Source: Planctomycetota bacterium (GTDB lineage: Bacteria > Planctomycetota > SZUA-567 > H5-PLA8). From it: a DNA stretch of 45,213 bases. The stretch is taken from contig JBBRPR010000066.1 in the NCBI GenBank assembly GCA_038227875.1, forward strand, positions 1-45,213, in the 5' to 3' direction. This document shows positions 1 through 9,800 of this stretch, piece by piece. A program made the position numbers and the translations under genes. Within the stretch, counting starts at the first letter, position 1. Every line of letters starts with the position of its first letter. The notes under the pieces are model-generated. The model was not told where the DNA came from, ran no database searches, and saw only the letters and a list, made by a program, of their open reading frames with translations.

Positions 1-57
1 ACAATCTGATTCTATTCCCGCTGCGGCACCGTCACGCGATTCATAACGCCATATATT

Positions 58-1041
58 TTGAGAATCAATCCGCGCCGTTCACACTTTCCCGCGCCGATTT
101 ATCTGAGACTCACAACGCTGAAGTACGTGATTCCCGACACTAATCGTTTGAAAGAATTTAGTGACGCCATAGACGCGATTCGAAATGAAATTGGTCATGC
201 ACCGACCGCCAGCGAAATTGCGGAACACTTGCAGTTAACTCGAGCTGCTGTTTACAAACGACTTACTCCGTTACTTCAAAAAGGTTGGGCGACAATCCAT
301 CAGCTCACCCATGGCGTGAGTCTAAAACTTCCGGATAAATTGCCCGGCAGGCCCCTGTACGACCTACTTTGCACAGCCTGCTGGGAGGAAACGCCAGACA
401 AGCCTAAAAAAGCGGCGGCGAAGCTAAAGAAATACGGTCCCGACGAGCCCATTATTCATGCGTATGGGCGTGACGTCATAGTTATGTACGCGGCGTATGC
501 TGCGTGGGCGACGTACGAGCGCCCAATCACTTGTGCCGAAGTAGGAGCCCTGTTCACCTTTTCAAAAAAGCGAATTGTAAAGGACGGCAGCACTACGCGC
601 ATAAAGGTGGTGGGCGGGCCAAAACTCGGGCAAAGTCTGCTCTCCAAACTTCGCAAGGATGGAGTAATTGATTCGACCAGCCGCGTAATCCGAACACTGG
701 CGGGCGAGAAGTTTGACAATGATCGTTGCTATAAATGTGGCGGATCGCGTTTCGAGGGAGTCGAGTATCTAAAAGAGAAAGTGGATAAGCTTCCGCACGG
801 TATTGAGCGATCGCTACTGCGGTTCTTCATTAAGCATCCAAGGCCTTCCGACGAACAGCGCGTAAAATTTAGACGCCACCTGCTAAAAATCGAACGGGAA
901 CAACTGGATGAGCGCGGCTGGGAGGCAATAATTGCCACAGCGCGATCTGCGGTATTGAAACTATGCGACTCCACTCGCACCGGTCGGGAACCGACCGTGC
1001 GCAAATCATCTCCGGGTAGAAGTTCCTCAAGTAGCCGCTGA
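58..1041 (+). CDS. Hypothetical DNA-binding protein with an N-terminal winged HTH; cargo of the integrated element
   Basis: APTASEIAEHLQLTRAAVYKRLTPLLQKGW resembles a LexA-type wHTH; CYKC motif later; AT-richer than host genes; start codon uncertain. Confidence 0.6.
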   Translation: MRINPRRSHFPAPIYLRLTTLKYVIPDTNRLKEFSDAIDAIRNEIGHAPTASEIAEHLQLTRAAVYKRLTPLLQKGWATIHQLTHGVSLKLPDKLPGRPLYDLLCTACWEETPDKPKKAAAKLKKYGPDEPIIHAYGRDVIVMYAAYAAWATYERPITCAEVGALFTFSKKRIVKDGSTTRIKVVGGPKLGQSLLSKLRKDGVIDSTSRVIRTLAGEKFDNDRCYKCGGSRFEGVEYLKEKVDKLPHGIERSLLRFFIKHPRPSDEQRVKFRRHLLKIEREQLDERGWEAIIATARSAVLKLCDSTRTGREPTVRKSSPGRSSSSSR

Positions 1042-1132
1042 AAAGACGACGCTGACGACCGAGATTGAGCGGTCATAGTCCCAAGCGACCCTAACGATTG
1101 CGTCCCCAACGCTTTCTCGGCGAGGCACTCCT

Positions 1133-2632
1133 TTACTTCAAATCCGCGAAGTCTCGCGGCAGCAGTTTCGCGTAGTGACGCTCGACGGTGCTCGGCTTGT
1201 CTCGCAGGAAGGCAGCGGCCGACTCCAGGCTCTTTGTCTGAACGACGAGGTCCTTGCCACGCGTCCTCCTCAGGCTCCTGCCGTCAAAACGGTCCTTGTC
1301 GATGGACTGCACCTTAGCGATCACTTCACGGAGTTTCTCTAGGTATTCCTTGTCCCACTTCGTCGCCTGCCAGAGCATCAGCGATCTCTCGTGCTCGGAC
1401 GCCGCGACCTTGCGGCGATGCCATTGGGTACGCCGGCCACCACACTCGGTGTGGTCCCGCGGGAATAGAAGTGCGTGGCCCCGGGAGACCCGTCTGGCCA
1501 GGGACTCCTTGCAAGCCTTAACGGTCACGGGAACGGACGCCTCGCTGTCGGGCGTCTTTAGCCGTCGGACAAGAACGGTGCCATGCTTGAGCGGTTCTAC
1601 GTATACATGGGAGATCGCCCTGCCCTTCCTCATTACGTTCTTGGCCTGAAGCATGGGCAACTCCTCTGGCCTGAGCCCCAGGTAATATTGGATTGTCATC
1701 GCGTCGGCCCAGTACTCGCCGACTGTTATAGCGGCGATTTCGAAAAACTTCTCCACTTCCGTCGGAGATAGCCAATACCAGTCGGCTTCGACCTTCGACT
1801 TGGACTGCCTCGCGTTTTCTTTTTCAAGCCACAGGCGAACTGCGCCGCTCCTGTACAGGCCCCCTGAGGAGTGCTCAAGCATCGGGAGAATCATCCCGGT
1901 CGTGTACTGGGTCAGCGTGGTGGGCTGGACGTCCAGACCCCGCAAGTACTCGATGACCTCGCCCGGCATCACCTCCGACACCAGTCTGGACTCGCCGAGC
2001 TTCTTGGCGAATGCCTTCAAGACGTTCTTGATCGTCTTCTTGAATCGGTCCCCGGAGCGCGTCCCTGCGTCGCCATCTCCCTCACCGATGAAATTCTTCC
2101 AGGCCTGCGACAGCGACACCGGCTTAACGCTATCGGCGATGGCGAGCCCCTCTGCGGTCGCGTGCGCCCTGAAGGCGGCCACCTCGTCGGTCAGGTTCCT
2201 TAACTGGGTCTTAGCGTCGTACAATTCCCTTTCGGCGTCATCCAGCCTGGCCTTGAGCGACCTCGCATGCTTGTTGAGCTGGCCGTAGTAGATAATCAGA
2301 TTCAAAAACTCCTTTTGGTGGTCAACGATCGTCATTGGCGCCTTGTACGAGAACCAGTTCTCGGTCAGGTCGTCGACCATTCGATTTGTAAGAGGCCTGA
2401 TGCCGAGCCAGTCGAGGATGATCTTGGGCGTATCGGCAGGCGGATCGTCGAACAGTTTGTTAACGAGCACGAAGGAAAGCTTCTCGGCAAGCTTCTTGGC
2501 GGCCTCCGAATCGCGGGTGAGCGACGACGGAGTCCGCGTCTTGCCGGAGCGGTCCTTGAAAACGATCTTGATGACCTCTCCAGCGTGGTCTATTCTGAGG
2601 GAAACTAATGGATAACCAGACGGAATTTGCAT
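1133..2632 (-). CDS. Tyrosine recombinase/integrase
   Basis: LGLRPEEL (catalytic R), LKT (K), RSLRRT (variant HxxR), VERHYA (catalytic Y); starts about 100 bp from a tRNA 3' fragment. Confidence 0.88.
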   Translation of the reverse strand: MQIPSGYPLVSLRIDHAGEVIKIVFKDRSGKTRTPSSLTRDSEAAKKLAEKLSFVLVNKLFDDPPADTPKIILDWLGIRPLTNRMVDDLTENWFSYKAPMTIVDHQKEFLNLIIYYGQLNKHARSLKARLDDAERELYDAKTQLRNLTDEVAAFRAHATAEGLAIADSVKPVSLSQAWKNFIGEGDGDAGTRSGDRFKKTIKNVLKAFAKKLGESRLVSEVMPGEVIEYLRGLDVQPTTLTQYTTGMILPMLEHSSGGLYRSGAVRLWLEKENARQSKSKVEADWYWLSPTEVEKFFEIAAITVGEYWADAMTIQYYLGLRPEELPMLQAKNVMRKGRAISHVYVEPLKHGTVLVRRLKTPDSEASVPVTVKACKESLARRVSRGHALLFPRDHTECGGRRTQWHRRKVAASEHERSLMLWQATKWDKEYLEKLREVIAKVQSIDKDRFDGRSLRRTRGKDLVVQTKSLESAAAFLRDKPSTVERHYAKLLPRDFADLK

Positions 2633-2639
2633 AGCAATG

Positions 2640-2684
2640 TACCCTTGGACGTACCCTCAAAGTCAATACCCTCGATAATACCCC
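2640..2684. repeat. Four TACCC(T/C) direct repeats, putative integrase arm-type sites
   Basis: Copies at 2640, 2652, 2667 and 2679, two pairs with 12-bp spacing, between integrase start and att core. Confidence 0.5.
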
Positions 2685-2731
2685 CAGTCAAGTCTTTTTT
2701 TGACAGGTACTTATAGAGATTTGAAGACTGC

Positions 2732-2785
2732 CTGTAAATCTGTCAGCGAAAGCTTGCGGGGGTTCAAATCCCTCCCTGCCCACCA
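2732..2785 (+). pseudogene. 3' half of tRNA-Tyr(GTA), att site
   Basis: CTGTAAA anticodon loop, TCTGT, long variable arm, GGGGG-TTCAAAT-CCCTC T arm, CCTGCCC-A-CCA; no D arm or 5' acceptor strand upstream. Confidence 0.9.
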
Positions 2786-2800
2786 CTTAATTTCTTACAG

Positions 2801-4714
2801 TTATTTCACAACCCACCCCTCCTCGACGCTCCACTCGAAGGCAAACGTGTCCGCCCCGATTGTGGCGTATACTACCCCTCCCAATTTTTCCATCACGACC
2901 GGCCCGCAGGGCTCCCCTGATTTCAGGCGCGGGTAGAAGACGGTGACGATACTGTGCGTACTGGCTGGCACTTTGGATTTTACGCTCAGCACATTTACCG
3001 GCTTGATCCAGCCGTCGGGCTTTTCAACGGTGCCTGTCACGTTGTCCGTGGCGAGCACGATGTCCAAGGCGGCTTCGTCCTGCTCGAAGAGCCAACGGTT
3101 GCGCTTCGTCTCGCTGATGGTGCCGTAGGTGTGGAAGCGCAGTTCGACCGGCTGGGCGACGGGCGTGGCGATATCGTCGAGGACGATCCAGTAGCGGCGT
3201 TTGACGAAGACCACTGTGCGCCGCGCGCGCTGCGTTTCGACTTCGTAAGTGCCGTCCGCGTTACCGATCAGCGCTTCGAAGTCCTTGCCTTTCACGGGAC
3301 CGGTCAGTTTACCGGGCTTGCCGTGAAGCTGGCCCTTGTCGCCGATCATCACAGTGTTCTGGCCGCGCGTGGAAATCTCGTAGTACGTGTAGCGCTTGTC
3401 GCCAAAGTAATCGCCGGGATACGGGCGGCTGCCCAGTTCCGGCAAGATGAACGTGTCGCCAATGCCGATGCTGATGGCGTTTAAGTCCAAGTGCGTGTGA
3501 TTGGCGGCGAGCGTGCCGTTTTTGAAAGCCAGGAAGTACGGCGGATCGGGTTGCTTCGCCGCCAGCATGCCCCAGCCGATGGCGTTGAAGGCATGGACGC
3601 CGTCGACCACCGGCGTGTACGGCGTTTTGGCTTCCGGCAGCCACGGCTCGTTGACCGGCCGCCAGAGCAAGGTCAGCGCTTCGGCCGGCCAGCCGCCGGA
3701 TTTTTTGTCGGGTAGCCCGGCGCGGTCCTGGAACCAGATGAAGTCGGGATTCTTGTACTCGCGGCCGAGCAGGTAAAAAATCGGATCGGAGGCGCGGCTG
3801 TTGGAATCGCCGAAGCTCGCGGAGAGCTTCTTTCCGGGATTGAAGACGATGGGAAAGTAGCAGGTCTGCTTGACGCCTTCACGCGCGAAGACATCCGATC
3901 CGAATTTGTTTCCGCAGCGGCGCAGCGCTTCGGCGGCCAGCAGCGCGTAGCGATTGCCGTAGGTCCAGTAGCCCGTGCCTTCGTCCCAGCCGCCATCGTC
4001 GCCGAGATGGTCCCAGTAGGCTTGCATGTCCGGGACGCTCGAAGCCAGCGCCTTGGCCGCGTGGTCAGTCTCCGTCTGCAGCGCGAGCGCCAGCACGGTG
4101 GCTCCGCCGTTGCAGACGGTGTTCCAGTTGTGGTGGCAGGTCGCCCACCAGGCTTTTTTGTCGATGCCTTCGAGAAACGCATCCAGGCCGCGTTTGATGA
4201 CGCCCTCGCGCAGTCGCGTCCGTTCTTCGGGCGTCAGGTCGTTGTAGAGCCAGTCGTAGGCCAGGCCGAAGGTCATGCAGGTTTCGCCGGTCATCAGGTC
4301 GAAGGGCGGCTGGTGCGCGGTGTCGACCCAGATTTTCCAGTGGGTGAGCGCATGGTCGAGCTCCGCGACGGCCGCGTCGCGGTATTTCTTCTCGCCGCTG
4401 AGCGTGAAGGCCATGCAGTAGGTCAGCACGCGCCCCTGAAGTCGTCGCGCGGCTTCGAGGCCCTTGATTTCGCCCGGCGCATCGGGCTCGCCACGCTGGG
4501 AGAGTGAGACGAGCAGCGGCGGGGCTGTGAGCATGAATTCAGCGCGCTCGAAGAGCCGCGCGGTGACGGCTTTCAGTTGCGGATCGGCGGAGCGCGCTTT
4601 GATCGTGGGGATGTCGCTTTTGCTGAATAGGAGGAACGGGTGTACGAGTTCGGCGGCCATAAGCGGGGTTCCGAGGAGGAGGGAAAGGGCGAGCAGGAGT
4701 AGTCGGCGCATCAT
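2801..4714 (-). CDS. Secreted heparinase II/III-family polysaccharide lyase-like protein
   Basis: Signal peptide MMRRLLLLALSLLLG; HNWNTVCNGG, DGGWDEGTGYW and NHTHLDLN motifs. Confidence 0.8.
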   Translation of the reverse strand: MMRRLLLLALSLLLGTPLMAAELVHPFLLFSKSDIPTIKARSADPQLKAVTARLFERAEFMLTAPPLLVSLSQRGEPDAPGEIKGLEAARRLQGRVLTYCMAFTLSGEKKYRDAAVAELDHALTHWKIWVDTAHQPPFDLMTGETCMTFGLAYDWLYNDLTPEERTRLREGVIKRGLDAFLEGIDKKAWWATCHHNWNTVCNGGATVLALALQTETDHAAKALASSVPDMQAYWDHLGDDGGWDEGTGYWTYGNRYALLAAEALRRCGNKFGSDVFAREGVKQTCYFPIVFNPGKKLSASFGDSNSRASDPIFYLLGREYKNPDFIWFQDRAGLPDKKSGGWPAEALTLLWRPVNEPWLPEAKTPYTPVVDGVHAFNAIGWGMLAAKQPDPPYFLAFKNGTLAANHTHLDLNAISIGIGDTFILPELGSRPYPGDYFGDKRYTYYEISTRGQNTVMIGDKGQLHGKPGKLTGPVKGKDFEALIGNADGTYEVETQRARRTVVFVKRRYWIVLDDIATPVAQPVELRFHTYGTISETKRNRWLFEQDEAALDIVLATDNVTGTVEKPDGWIKPVNVLSVKSKVPASTHSIVTVFYPRLKSGEPCGPVVMEKLGGVVYATIGADTFAFEWSVEEGWVVK

Positions 4715-4743
4715 GAGAAGATAGTCCTATGGAACGGGGTTTC

Positions 4744-4771
4744 AATGTTACGGAATGCGACAAAATGTTAC
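4744..4771. promoter_or_regulatory. Three AATG(TT/CG)AC direct repeats with 10-bp period, putative TF site
   Basis: aatgttac-gg-aatgcgac-aa-aatgttac between divergent genes; same motif at 23436-23463. Confidence 0.45.
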
Positions 4772-4882
4772 AGGGGTTGGGGGAGGGGATTGATCTCTCG
4801 GTGGGGCTTCGGACGGGTGAGCTCTGTTCGCGAGGTCGGCACTGGTGAGCGCTCATTTGAAGCGGGGAATGGAGTGTGCTGC

Positions 4883-5437
4883 GTGCGGGATTTTAAACTA
4901 CAGCCTCTGCCGGCTGTTGCCGTTCGCCTGTGTGATGAGCTTGGGGTGGCACCGCGGCTTCGGGCTCATCTCACGCTGGTTCATGATGCGGCGGTGCAGC
5001 TCTGCGATGGGATCGATCGAAAGTGGCCAGCGCTCAGCTATGACCGCGAGGCGGTGCTCATTGGCGCGGCGACGCATGATTTGGGCAAGACGCTGCATCC
5101 CGCGGAATTGGTGGGGCCGGGAAACGAGCATGAAGCGGATGGCCCGGCGCTGCTGATCCGGCACGGGCTGCCGCCGGCTCACGCGCGGTTTGCCGGCACG
5201 CATGGGAAACTCGCGTTGAAGGCAGACGCGACGGTTGAAGATGTGCTCGTGGCGTTGGCCGACAACGCGTGGAAAGGCTCGCGTGGCGAAGCGCTCGAGG
5301 AAGCGGCGGCGAGGAAACTGGCGGAGCTTAGCGGGCAAGAGGCGTGGAACACGTTTAGTGTTCTGGACACGATCCTGCAGAGAATTGCGAAGCACGCTCA
5401 GGCTCGGTTGGATTACCAACAGACATTTGCACGGTAA
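4883..5437 (+). CDS. HD-domain phosphohydrolase
   Basis: AHLTLV...THDLGK...H...THG...LAD pattern; GTG start after GGAG chosen, ORF track starts at 4745. Confidence 0.75.
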   Translation: MRDFKLQPLPAVAVRLCDELGVAPRLRAHLTLVHDAAVQLCDGIDRKWPALSYDREAVLIGAATHDLGKTLHPAELVGPGNEHEADGPALLIRHGLPPAHARFAGTHGKLALKADATVEDVLVALADNAWKGSRGEALEEAAARKLAELSGQEAWNTFSVLDTILQRIAKHAQARLDYQQTFAR

Positions 5438-5445
5438 GTTTGTGG

Positions 5446-5478
5446 GCAAGGGCGGCCGCCTCCGCTACGGTCGCCCTT
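5446..5478. repeat. GC-rich hairpin (REP-like or terminator)
   Basis: AAGGGCGGCCG...CGGTCGCCCTT just after the HD gene stop. Confidence 0.45.
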
Positions 5479-5714
5479 CCAAGCCGAGTGACGGCACCTG
5501 ACGTCACGCGTGCCTAAGCATTCACACCTTCACGGACCAGCAGCTTTGTCCGCGAGATCGGCACGGGTGGGTGAAATCTGTCCAGATTGTTGAGGAAAGT
5601 GACTGTATCGCGGTGTATGGTTTGATGGCTAGGCCAAGATCAGATAGGAATTATTTCGTGCAAGATGTTTTAAAATCATGGTTTAACGGATTGATTCTGT
5701 CTCAAGGGGTTGTC

Positions 5715-6776
5715 GTGGAACGATTTGAAACCATTACCAAGGCGGAGCAGGCGACCAACCATTTGCGCCGCCAGATGCTCACGGGAGTGCTCAAATCCGG
5801 GGAGCGGATTCCGCCGGAACGGACGCTGGCCAAGGAGTATGGGCTCAGCCGCGTGACCATCAATAAGATCACGACCTCGCTGGTGCAGGAAGGGTTGCTG
5901 GAACGCAAAGGACCGCTGGGCACGTTTGTGGTGGGGTTGAACGGGCGGAATTCGACCTTTCAAATCGGATTCCTGATGCAGACGTCCAATCCGCATGAAG
6001 TGAATCCGATTTACGAATCGGTGTTGCGCGCGTTTGTGCGCGCTAGCCACACGTCTCAGGCGCGCGTGGTGTTTGGGATGATGGGCTCGTGGGGGATGAC
6101 GCTGCCGCAGGGGTTCGATCCGCAGAGTCTCGACGCGCTGGTGCTGGCGGGCAGTCCGCCGCCGGGGCAACTGGAGCCGTTCATCCAGGCGCGCAAGCCG
6201 ATGCTGTGGGTGGACGAAGTGGTGGGCGCGGACGAACGGAACCTGGTGGGGACGGACAATTTTGAGGCGGGGCGGATCGCGACGGAACACCTGCTTTCGC
6301 GCGGACGGCGGAAGATCATCGCGTTTGGTTATCCGAAGGGCAGTTACACGGGCTTTGAATTGCGGCTCGACGGCTTCCGTCATGCTCATGCGGCGCGCGG
6401 GATTGAACTCGACGAGCGGCGGATCATCCGCGGGTATTTTTCGCGCGTGGAGCACGTGATTGAAATTCTGCGCAACGTGGAGCGCGACGGGATTGCCTAC
6501 GACGCGGTCTTCGGGCTGGCCGACGTGATCGGGATCTGGAATCTGAGCGCGCTGACGCGGATGGGCAAGCGGGTGCCGGAAGACGTGGCGGTGATCTCCA
6601 TCGACGGACTGCCCACGGGCGAGTGGGCGCATCCGCAACTGACCTCCGTCGCGCAGCCGGTGGATGCGATCGGCGAGCAGGCTCTGGCGCGCGTGATGGG
6701 GATGTTGAAGCTGGGACATCAGAACGAAGGCCCCACGCGCATCGCGCCAAAATTGATTGTTCGTGAATCGACCTAA
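5715..6776 (+). CDS. GntR-HTH / LacI-type sugar-binding transcriptional regulator
   Basis: GERIPPERTLAKEYGLSRVT GntR HTH; DNFEAG, VPEDVAVISIDG, LTSVAQP LacI-type domain; GTG after AAGGGG. Confidence 0.88.
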   Translation: MERFETITKAEQATNHLRRQMLTGVLKSGERIPPERTLAKEYGLSRVTINKITTSLVQEGLLERKGPLGTFVVGLNGRNSTFQIGFLMQTSNPHEVNPIYESVLRAFVRASHTSQARVVFGMMGSWGMTLPQGFDPQSLDALVLAGSPPPGQLEPFIQARKPMLWVDEVVGADERNLVGTDNFEAGRIATEHLLSRGRRKIIAFGYPKGSYTGFELRLDGFRHAHAARGIELDERRIIRGYFSRVEHVIEILRNVERDGIAYDAVFGLADVIGIWNLSALTRMGKRVPEDVAVISIDGLPTGEWAHPQLTSVAQPVDAIGEQALARVMGMLKLGHQNEGPTRIAPKLIVREST

Positions 6777-6822
6777 AGCAGATTTGAACACTGGACATGA
6801 ACTCACACGGGGAGGCGTCAGC

Positions 6823-9800
6823 ATGATCGCGATGCGAACGGCGAAGCGAACTCTGGCAGTTCTGGCAACGGTAGCGACGGTGGCCACGCTGGTTTGTCCG
6901 GCGCGGGCGGCCGACGAAAAACCGGCAAAGCCACCGCGGCCGGAGACGGCGACGCTGAAGAAAAGCTGGATCGACATTCAACCCGTCGATACCAAGGGCT
7001 TGAAAGAAGGCGAAGAGTTCAAGGTCACGGTGAAGTATTTTCTGGATGCGGCGGACAATTGGGGTGATGGCACCGTTCTGTCGCTGATGCCGCTGGGTCC
7101 GTGGGTCGATTGTCCGGACGGCAAGTACGCGACGAAGCGGCAGCACATCATGTATCCGGGGATGTGGGGTCAGGACGCGAAGATTGAACCGGGCGCCGGC
7201 TCGCATGTTTTCACCTTTAAAGTCAGCAAACTCTACAAATACAACGGGATCTTGTGGCTGGCGGCGTTCAAGGGCGGCGATGGCAATAACTGGCCGTGGG
7301 ACATCCGTTCCGGCGGCCCGGAACTGGTCTTTGAAGACAAGTTTTTTCAGCTCACCTCCTCGAAGCCGGGGAGCCTGTTCGTCTACGACGAGCCGGTTGA
7401 GTTGAAGGTCGAATTCACCGACGGTGCAGTGAAGGGCGAGACCAAGACGCTGAAGTACAAGATCACGGACACCAAAGGCGCGGTGGTGAAGACCGGCGAG
7501 CAGGCGATCACCGTCGGCGCGAAGGGCGAATCGACGGCGCTGAAGCTGGACATCAAAGAGCGCGGCACCTTTCTGATCCAGGCTGGAGTTGACGGCTGGG
7601 GCGACCGCGAAGCGTTGTTCGCGCGCATTCCCGACGTGATGAAGATCACCGGCGGCGCGCGGACGCAGTTCGCGGCGACCAACCTGCACACCGACGGCAC
7701 CTGCAAAATCGCACGCATGCTCGGCTTTACCTCCGCACGCCTGTTCATGGACTGGCGGGCGGTGCAGCCGGGGCGCGAGCAGTGGCACTTCGAAGAATGG
7801 GACAAGATCCTGGATGCGAACAAGGCCAACGGCATCGACGCGTGGATCTGCATCACCAATCCGCCGGTGTGGGTGCTGAACTGTCCGGCGTCGAACGTCG
7901 GGTACGAACCGTTCCCCTTTGAGGAAGCGGGCTGGAAGAACAGTGTTGAAACAATGACGGCGCGCTGGAAGGACAAAATGTGGGGTTGGGAATGGCTGAA
8001 TGAAATCGTCCCCGGCGGCAAATCGAAAACGCCCGCGGAAGACTACGCGAAGCTCTGCGCGATCGGCACCGAAGCGGCCAAGCGGGTTAATCCATCACTG
8101 AAAACGCTGATGGCCGGCGGACTGTGGCCGCGGAATTTCCGCAACGACTGTCTGAAGGCGGGCATGGGCAAGGACGTGGACGTGCTGCCGGTGCACTACA
8201 GCGACATGGGCGGCGTGTTGGAGGCGATGGACGATCTGGCGGCGTCGCACAACGAAAAAGTAACCGTCTGGGACGACGAGTCGTCGCACGGCGCTTCGAC
8301 CTGGAACATGCCGAATTCGGAAGTGATGAAGATCACCAGCCAGTCGCAGTGGTTCCTCGACCATTTTCCCGACGAGCTGCAGGCCGGCGCGGAGAAGGTG
8401 ACGTTCTTCGGCGGCTGGACGGATGCGTGCGGCAACTGGACGTGCCTGATGGACGAACGCACGCCCCGTCCGCTCTGCGCGACGCTGGCGGTGATGACCT
8501 CGAAGCTCGCCGGCGCCAAGCCGGTCGGAAAATTCTTTCTTCCGGAGCAGGGAGTTTTCCAGCTCTTCGAAAAGGACGGCAAGTCAATCCTGGTGGCATC
8601 GGCCTCCACGGATAAGGGCGAGAAGATCGAACTGAATTCCGGCAGCGGCAGCCTGACGATCACGGATTACCAGGGCAACGAAACGAGCGTCGCACCGGCG
8701 AACGGAAAGGCGGCGCTGCAGCTTTCCACGATGCCGGTGTTTGTCGAAGGCGGCGATCTGGACATCCTCAAGTCGTACTGCACGGTAAACGTGGGCAACG
8801 GCCGGCAGATCGACCGCTTCCCGAAGACCACGGTGATCAAGGGTCTGGCGGCGAATGTCCAGGTGTCGGTGCGCAACGTTTACGCGAAAGCGATCGAGGG
8901 CACGATCTCGATCGGCACGCCCGAGGGCTGGCCGGCGTCGGAGCGCGCGAGCTTCTCGCTGAAGCCAGGAGCGTCGGAGCATCTGGAACTGCCGATCAAA
9001 CTGACGGACGCGGTGGCGGCCGGCGACTATCAGCTCAAGCTGCAGGTGGAATTCAAAGACGCGGCGCTGCCGAAAACGGAGAAGCCATTTGGCCTGGCGA
9101 TCATCAGCAAGGAACTGGTGGGCAATCTGCTGAAGAACGGCGATTTCGAAGTCGCCGGCGCGACGGAGACGCAGGCGGCGGAATGGGGCGGCAGCAAGCA
9201 GTGCACGCGCCATCCCAGCGGCGGCGGACTGGGGTTGGGGAAGTCGGTGCTGCAGATTGAGAAGGCGGAGAACTACGAATCGATCGGGCAGGGCCTGAAC
9301 CTGCCGCCCGGACAGACGTACCTGTATTCGGCGTGGGTGTGGAACCAGAAGATCGGCGGCGGCAGCAACATCATTCAGACGATGACCGATGGGACGTCGC
9401 GGCCGTTCTACACGCCGGCGGTGTTCATGACCGCGGACAGTTCGGCGACGTGGCATTTGTACTCCTGCAAAACTTCCGCGCCGGCGAACCTGAAGACGAT
9501 CGCGTTTGTGCCGGTGATGAAAGGGCCGGGTGTGGCGCTGTACGACAATCTGCGCGTCTCGCTTTACGAAGGCACCAACTACGCGGCGGAATGTCACAAG
9601 GCGAAAGGCCCGATCAAGATCGACGGGAAGCTGGACGATTGGGACACGCGCTGCCCGATTCCGCTGCTGTGCGAAAATCAGCTCTCGCCTTTCGACAAGG
9701 CCTACAAGTGGACGCCGGAGAACATGAGCGGCGTGGCGTACTTGAACTGGGACGAGAAGTACCTGTACTTCGCCGCGGAAGTGATCGACGACGTCCACGT

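Larger units (their letters stand above)
1..2785. mobile_element. Right end of an integrative element/prophage inserted at tRNA-Tyr; extends left beyond the window
   Basis: Integrase next to a tRNA-Tyr 3' half; composition shifts at about 2790. Confidence 0.8.

Noticed and set aside
2700..2785. Complete tRNA-Tyr
   Set aside because: No D arm or 5' acceptor strand; the 5' anticodon stem does not pair
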